This document shows, piece by piece, positions 59,661-64,000 of a stretch of DNA of 64,000 bases. A model generated the notes under the pieces. It saw only the letters and a list, made by a program, of their open reading frames with translations, was not told the origin of the DNA and made no database searches. This DNA comes from Spirochaetia bacterium (GTDB taxonomy: Bacteria; Spirochaetota; Spirochaetia; SZUA-6; Bin103): contig CBDATQ010000001.1 in the NCBI GenBank assembly GCA_965199955.1, positions 32,001 to 96,000 of the forward strand, written 5' to 3'. Every line of letters starts with the position of its first letter. Within the stretch, counting starts at the first letter, position 1. The position numbers and the translations under genes are program-made.

Positions 59661-60932
59661 CTACTCATGGCGCAGACACTCCACAACGTCGAGCTTGAGC
59701 GCGCGGCGCGCGGGCACCAGCGCGATCGCCATGCTGGCCGCGATCCCGAAGATCACGGCCGCCACCATCGTCCCCGGGTTCCAGGCGCCGCGGAAGACAC
59801 CGGTCACCCGGTAGCCGATGTTCACGTCGCCGTAGAGGCCGCTCAGGTCGATGCCCCAGTTCACCAGCCACCAGGTGGCCACGGCGCCCACCGCCACCCC
59901 CGCCAGCGACCCCAGCAGACCGATCGCCCCCGCCTCCAGCACCATCGCGGCGCGAATCGCGCCGTCGTCCATGCCCAGCGCGCGCAGCGTGCCGAACTCG
60001 CGGATCCGTTCGTACACGGCGATCAGCATGGTGTTGGACACCCCCACCGCGGCGATCAGAAAGACCAGGAACAGCATGATGCTGTTGCCGGCGGTGTCCG
60101 ACTCCAGCAACGCCAGGTAGTCCCGCGCCAGCTCCGTCCAGCCCACCGCCACCACGCCCGGAAAGGCGGTTGCCAGATCCTCGTTCAGGCGCCGGATCTC
60201 GCGTTCCAGGGGCGCTCCGGCCGGCACCTGGAGCGTCCGTCCGAGCCGGGTGCGCAGCGCGCCGAGCGAGATCTCCGTGACCCCCTTCAGGTCGAGGTCG
60301 AGCTGGGCGACGTCGAGGGGCAGGAAGCCCACTCCCCGGTTGATGGTGGGGTTCGGGCTGCTCACGATACCCACCAGCTCCAGCTCCAGGATCTGCACCG
60401 CGCCGTGGCGGGTGCGGGTCCGCACCTCGACCAGGTCGCCGACCGCGATCTCCAGGTCGGCGGCCGTCCAGGCGCCCAGCAGCAGCCCCGGCACGCCGCG
60501 CTCGAGGTACGCGCCGCCGCTCAGCACGCTTGCCGGCAGCCGGAACACCTCGGGATCGAGCACCGGGTCGATGCCGATCAGGCGCACCGGCAGCGAGCCC
60601 TCGCCGAAGAACAGCTCGCCGGTGAAGCGGATCCGGGGGGCCGCGGCCACTCCCCGCTCGATGAGCGCGGCGAGCAGCGGGCGATACCCGACCATCTCGT
60701 GCTTCAGCTCCGGGCGCTCCAGGTCGGCGTGCTGCGCGCTCGAAACGACGCGGCCGGAGCCGGTCTCGTACCAGACCAGGTTGCGCTGCGACTCGGAGTC
60801 CATCCCGCGCAGCATCGAATCCATGAAGACGAACAGCGCGATCCCGGCAGCCAGCGCCGCGGCGGTGATGGCCGTGCGGCGGCGGTGCCGGCCGAGGTTG
60901 CGCAGCGCCAGCCGCACCAGTGTCGCGGTCAT
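59661..60932 (-). CDS. ABC permease (LolC/E-FtsX-like)
   Basis: LALRNLGRHRRRT, NTML.AVYER.REFGTLRALG and PARRA motifs. Confidence 0.9.
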   Translation of the reverse strand: MTATLVRLALRNLGRHRRRTAITAAALAAGIALFVFMDSMLRGMDSESQRNLVWYETGSGRVVSSAQHADLERPELKHEMVGYRPLLAALIERGVAAAPRIRFTGELFFGEGSLPVRLIGIDPVLDPEVFRLPASVLSGGAYLERGVPGLLLGAWTAADLEIAVGDLVEVRTRTRHGAVQILELELVGIVSSPNPTINRGVGFLPLDVAQLDLDLKGVTEISLGALRTRLGRTLQVPAGAPLEREIRRLNEDLATAFPGVVAVGWTELARDYLALLESDTAGNSIMLFLVFLIAAVGVSNTMLIAVYERIREFGTLRALGMDDGAIRAAMVLEAGAIGLLGSLAGVAVGAVATWWLVNWGIDLSGLYGDVNIGYRVTGVFRGAWNPGTMVAAVIFGIAASMAIALVPARRALKLDVVECLRHE

Positions 60933-62248
60933 CGACTCAGGGCCCCGCGCAACGCCTCCACCGGGCGCAGCCGGGACGCCTTGCGCGCCGGCCAGTAGGA
61001 GGCGGCGGCGGTCACCGCGATGGCGTAGCAGAACACCAGCACGGTGGAGCGCGCGTCGAGCCGCGGGTACAACACGTCGGACATGTCGAGCTCCACTCCC
61101 TCCATGGCGGCGCTGTAGTCGATCCCTGCCTGCGACAGGGGCAAGACGATGGCGCTGCCCAGCGCCACGCCGGCCAGCGCCGCGGCGATGCCGATGAACA
61201 GCGACTCGAGGAAGAACAGGCGCGAGATCTGGGCTGCCGTCATGCCCAGCGCGGCGATCGTGCCGATCTCCTTCGTGCGCTCGAACACCACCATCATCGT
61301 CGTGTTGACGATCGCCGTGGTGGCCAGCAGGAAGAAGAACAGCGCGATGATGTTGAAGACCCAGGTGGTGAGCTGCAGCGTCGAGAACAGCTCGCTGGTC
61401 TCCGTCCACGCCTGCACCGCCAGATCGGGATCGCCGTCCGGCAGTGCCCCCGCCAGCGCGGCGGTGAGCGCCGGCACCTCCTGTTCGCTGCCGGTGTACA
61501 ACAGGATCTCGGTCACGCCGTCGGCGGGGTTCAACTTCAGGAAGCGCTGCACCGTGTCCAGCGGCGCCAGCAGCATGCCGCGCAGACCGCCGGTCGGAGT
61601 CCCGATCACGCCGCTCACCGTGAAGGTCCACGCCTGGGTGCTCAGCACTGCGGTGCGGGTGAGGATCGTCAGCTTGTCGCCCACCGCCAGGCCCAGCTCC
61701 TCGGCCTGCGCCGCACTGATCAGCATTTCGCGCTCGCCCGCGCGCGGCAGGCTGCCGCCGTGCACGTCGAGCTGCCAGGCGCGGGCGAACTCCTCCAGGG
61801 TGGGGCTGCCGGCGGCGCTGGCAGCGGCCCTGCCGCCCATCTGCGGCAGCCGGGCGCGCGCCACCTCGATCTCTCGGGCGAAATCGAGGCCCAGGCCGAA
61901 GGCGCCGTGATTGCGATCCTCGCGGTAGATGGCGCCGGCGAAGCGCACCCGCGGCAGCACGCCCGTCACTTCGGGCAACTCCTGCAGCCGCGCTGCCAGG
62001 GCGCCGGCGCCGGTCACCGCGAGGTGCACGGGGTTGAGGGCCTCGTAGCGCCCGTACTCGGCGTGGCGTACCCGCGCGTGACCGCTGTCGTAGGTCAGGG
62101 CGTTGGCCACCAGGTCGCCGAGCATGCCTCCGAGCAGTGAGAACCCCAGCACCACCGAAAGCGTCGCCACGGTGATAGCGGAGCCGGACAGCAGCGAGCG
62201 GCGCTTGTTGCGCGCCACGTTGCGCAGGGCGATGACCCACAGCCTCAT
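60929..62248 (-). CDS. ABC permease (LolC/E-FtsX-like)
   Basis: ALRNVARNKRRS, NTTMMVVFERTKEIG and PARKASRL.PVEAL motifs. Confidence 0.9.
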   Translation of the reverse strand: MRLWVIALRNVARNKRRSLLSGSAITVATLSVVLGFSLLGGMLGDLVANALTYDSGHARVRHAEYGRYEALNPVHLAVTGAGALAARLQELPEVTGVLPRVRFAGAIYREDRNHGAFGLGLDFAREIEVARARLPQMGGRAAASAAGSPTLEEFARAWQLDVHGGSLPRAGEREMLISAAQAEELGLAVGDKLTILTRTAVLSTQAWTFTVSGVIGTPTGGLRGMLLAPLDTVQRFLKLNPADGVTEILLYTGSEQEVPALTAALAGALPDGDPDLAVQAWTETSELFSTLQLTTWVFNIIALFFFLLATTAIVNTTMMVVFERTKEIGTIAALGMTAAQISRLFFLESLFIGIAAALAGVALGSAIVLPLSQAGIDYSAAMEGVELDMSDVLYPRLDARSTVLVFCYAIAVTAAASYWPARKASRLRPVEALRGALSR

Positions 62249-62261
62249 GCGCCGCCTCCGG

Positions 62262-62960
62262 TCACTCGGCCCGGGCCCGGCGTTCGTCGGCGACGATGCG
62301 GCCGTCCTGCAACCGCACCAGCCGGTCCGCGTAGTCCATCACCATGGCGTCGTGGGTGGAGAAGATGAAGGTCGAGCCGAGCTGACGGTTGAGCCGCCGC
62401 ATCAGCTCCAGCAATCCCTCGCCGGTCTCGGAGTCGAGGTTGGCGGTGGGTTCGTCCGCCAGCACGATCTGCGGCTCCTTGACCAGCGCCCGGGCGATGG
62501 CCACCCGTTGCTGCTGGCCGCCGGAAAGTTCGGCCGGCCGGCGCCCGGTCATGTCCTGCAGGCCGACTTCCCCCAGCATCTCCAGGCTCCGCGTGCGCAC
62601 CTCGCCAGCGTCAAGCGTGAGCAGCGACAGAGCCAGCGAGACATTCTCGTACGCGGTCAGCACCGGAATCAGATTGAACGACTGGAACACGAATCCCAGG
62701 TGATTCCGCCGGAACAGGGCGAGCTGCTTGCGGGTCAGGCCCGACACCGCCTGATCGTCGATCAGCACCTCGCCGGAGCTGGCCGCGTCCAGACAGCCTA
62801 TCAGGTTGAGCAGCGTGGACTTGCCCGATCCCGAGGGTCCCGCGATGGCAAGGAGCTCCCCGCGGTTCACCTCCAGGCTGACGCCGCGCAGCGCGGAGAC
62901 TTCCGTCGTGCCGCTCCGATACACCTTGGTGACGTTGCGAATCGAAATCAATCCGGACAC
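62262..62960 (-). CDS. ABC ATPase (LolD/MacB-like)
   Basis: [35 protein letters not shown] and ADEPTANLD motifs. GTG at 62960 is preferred given the promoter position. Confidence 0.93.
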   Translation of the reverse strand: MSGLISIRNVTKVYRSGTTEVSALRGVSLEVNRGELLAIAGPSGSGKSTLLNLIGCLDAASSGEVLIDDQAVSGLTRKQLALFRRNHLGFVFQSFNLIPVLTAYENVSLALSLLTLDAGEVRTRSLEMLGEVGLQDMTGRRPAELSGGQQQRVAIARALVKEPQIVLADEPTANLDSETGEGLLELMRRLNRQLGSTFIFSTHDAMVMDYADRLVRLQDGRIVADERRARAE

Positions 62961-62967
62961 GGACAAT

Positions 62968-62996
62968 ACTGTATATAACTTCATTATTGAAGTCAA
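62968..62996 (-). promoter_or_regulatory. Sigma70 promoter with palindromic operator (probable TetR site)
   Basis: TTGACT-17 nt-TACAGT, 7 nt before GTG; inverted repeat ACTTCA-TTAT-TGAAGT at 62978-62993. Confidence 0.75.
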
Positions 62997-63070
62997 TTCA
63001 CCTCCGTCGCACGCTCCCCGCCGAAACCGGCCAGCAGCAGCAGACGGTCGCGAGGACGGTTGTCTTCAAG

Positions 63071-63115
63071 CCGGCAGCCACCTCCGTGGTGGCGCAATAC
63101 CCTCAATGGTCGTCG
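63071..63115 (-). pseudogene. Decayed copy of the tetR helix-turn-helix segment
   Basis: Hand alignment to 57531-57576 gives 39/46 identical with one gap; reads TTIEGIA/TTEVAAG. Confidence 0.7.
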
Positions 63116-63303
63116 GCCCAGCGTCCCCGGTGCCTCAGTTGCCCAGAGCGAAGTGCCGCAGCGACCGGATCGCCCAATAGCCGAGCGTAGCCGGCCAGAA
63201 GGCACCGGAGATGATGGCCACGACGACCGACTCCCATGCCGCCGAGGCGACCATGCCGGTGGCGGAGCGCCGCAGGATGCCGGCGCGTAGTACGCTGCCC
63301 GGA

Positions 63304-64000
63304 ATGAAACGGAGGATCCTCGGAAAGACCCGGCTGCGCGCCACGGTGCTCGGCTACGGCGCCATGGAACTGCGAGATCCCGGGCGAGTGAGCGACCGCG
63401 AGGCGGATCGCCTGCTCGGCGCCGTCCTCGACGGCGGCATCAACTTCATCGACACCAGTCCCGACTACGGCGAGTCCGAGGACCGCATCGGCAGGTACCT
63501 CTGCCATCGGCGCAGCGACTACGTGCTGGCCACCAAATGCGGCTGCAACGTGGACGACCGCGGCACCGGCCGCGACCCCCGCCACGTCTGGACGCGCGAG
63601 CAGCTCCTTCGCAACATCGAGCAGTCGCTACGGCGGCTGCGCACCGACCACGTCGACATCTGGCAGCTCCATGGCGCGCGGGTCGAGGACGTGGACGGCG
63701 CCGGCCTGCTTGAGGTCATGCACGAGGTGAAGGCCACCGGCAAGGCTCGCCACGTGTCGATCTCGTCCACGCTTCCGGACATCCGAACGTACCTGCTGCG
63801 GCGAGCGTTCGCCACCTACCAGATCCCCTATTCCGCGCTGCAGCGGGAGCACGAGCTGGTGATCCGCGAGGTCGCGGCCGCTGGCGCGGGCGTGATCATC
63901 CGCGGCGGCGTTGCCAAGGGGGAGCACTCCGCCCGGATGGCGAACCGCTGGAAGTTGTGGGAGACCTGCAACCTCGACGAATTCGTGGCCGAGGACGAGT
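63304..64000 (+). CDS. Aldo/keto reductase, partial (runs off window end)
   Basis: MKRRILGKT...LGYGAMELR, GINFIDTSPDYG.SE, LATKCGC and SLRRLRTDHVDIWQLH motifs. Confidence 0.92.
   Translation, partial: MKRRILGKTRLRATVLGYGAMELRDPGRVSDREADRLLGAVLDGGINFIDTSPDYGESEDRIGRYLCHRRSDYVLATKCGCNVDDRGTGRDPRHVWTREQLLRNIEQSLRRLRTDHVDIWQLHGARVEDVDGAGLLEVMHEVKATGKARHVSISSTLPDIRTYLLRRAFATYQIPYSALQREHELVIREVAAAGAGVIIRGGVAKGEHSARMANRWKLWETCNLDEFVAEDE

Overview
High-GC bacterial chromosomal window with no rRNA, tRNA, CRISPR array or intact transposase seen. The gene mix tentatively suggests a diderm, possibly Spirochaetota-like, host-associated organism (inference). In order, it contains: the 5' end of gap; an orphan Mo-hydroxylase large subunit heading an AKR-GMC-GT1-GT32 operon that converges on an MMPL exporter; sucCD; a structured intergenic element with an anti-Shine-Dalgarno loop; gltS; korAB; assorted hydrolases and oxidoreductases; recD2, ypdA and a short Fe-S-less mutY; and nrdAB with class Ic (Mn/Fe) signature residues. 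Next come an AAA-ATPase/RloB (AbiL-like) patch and a roughly 14 kb phosphate/polyphosphate cluster (CHAD, ppx, ROK, ppk1, phoU, a repeat lipoprotein, pstBACS). The window ends with mutM, phyH, and a TetR-associated LolCDE/LolA-like/beta-barrel operon. Many intergenic gaps hold decayed toxin-antitoxin and other gene fragments. Many genes look leaderless, and three appear to start at CTG codons overlapping the upstream stop. All family assignments come from motif recognition by eye; no searches were run.
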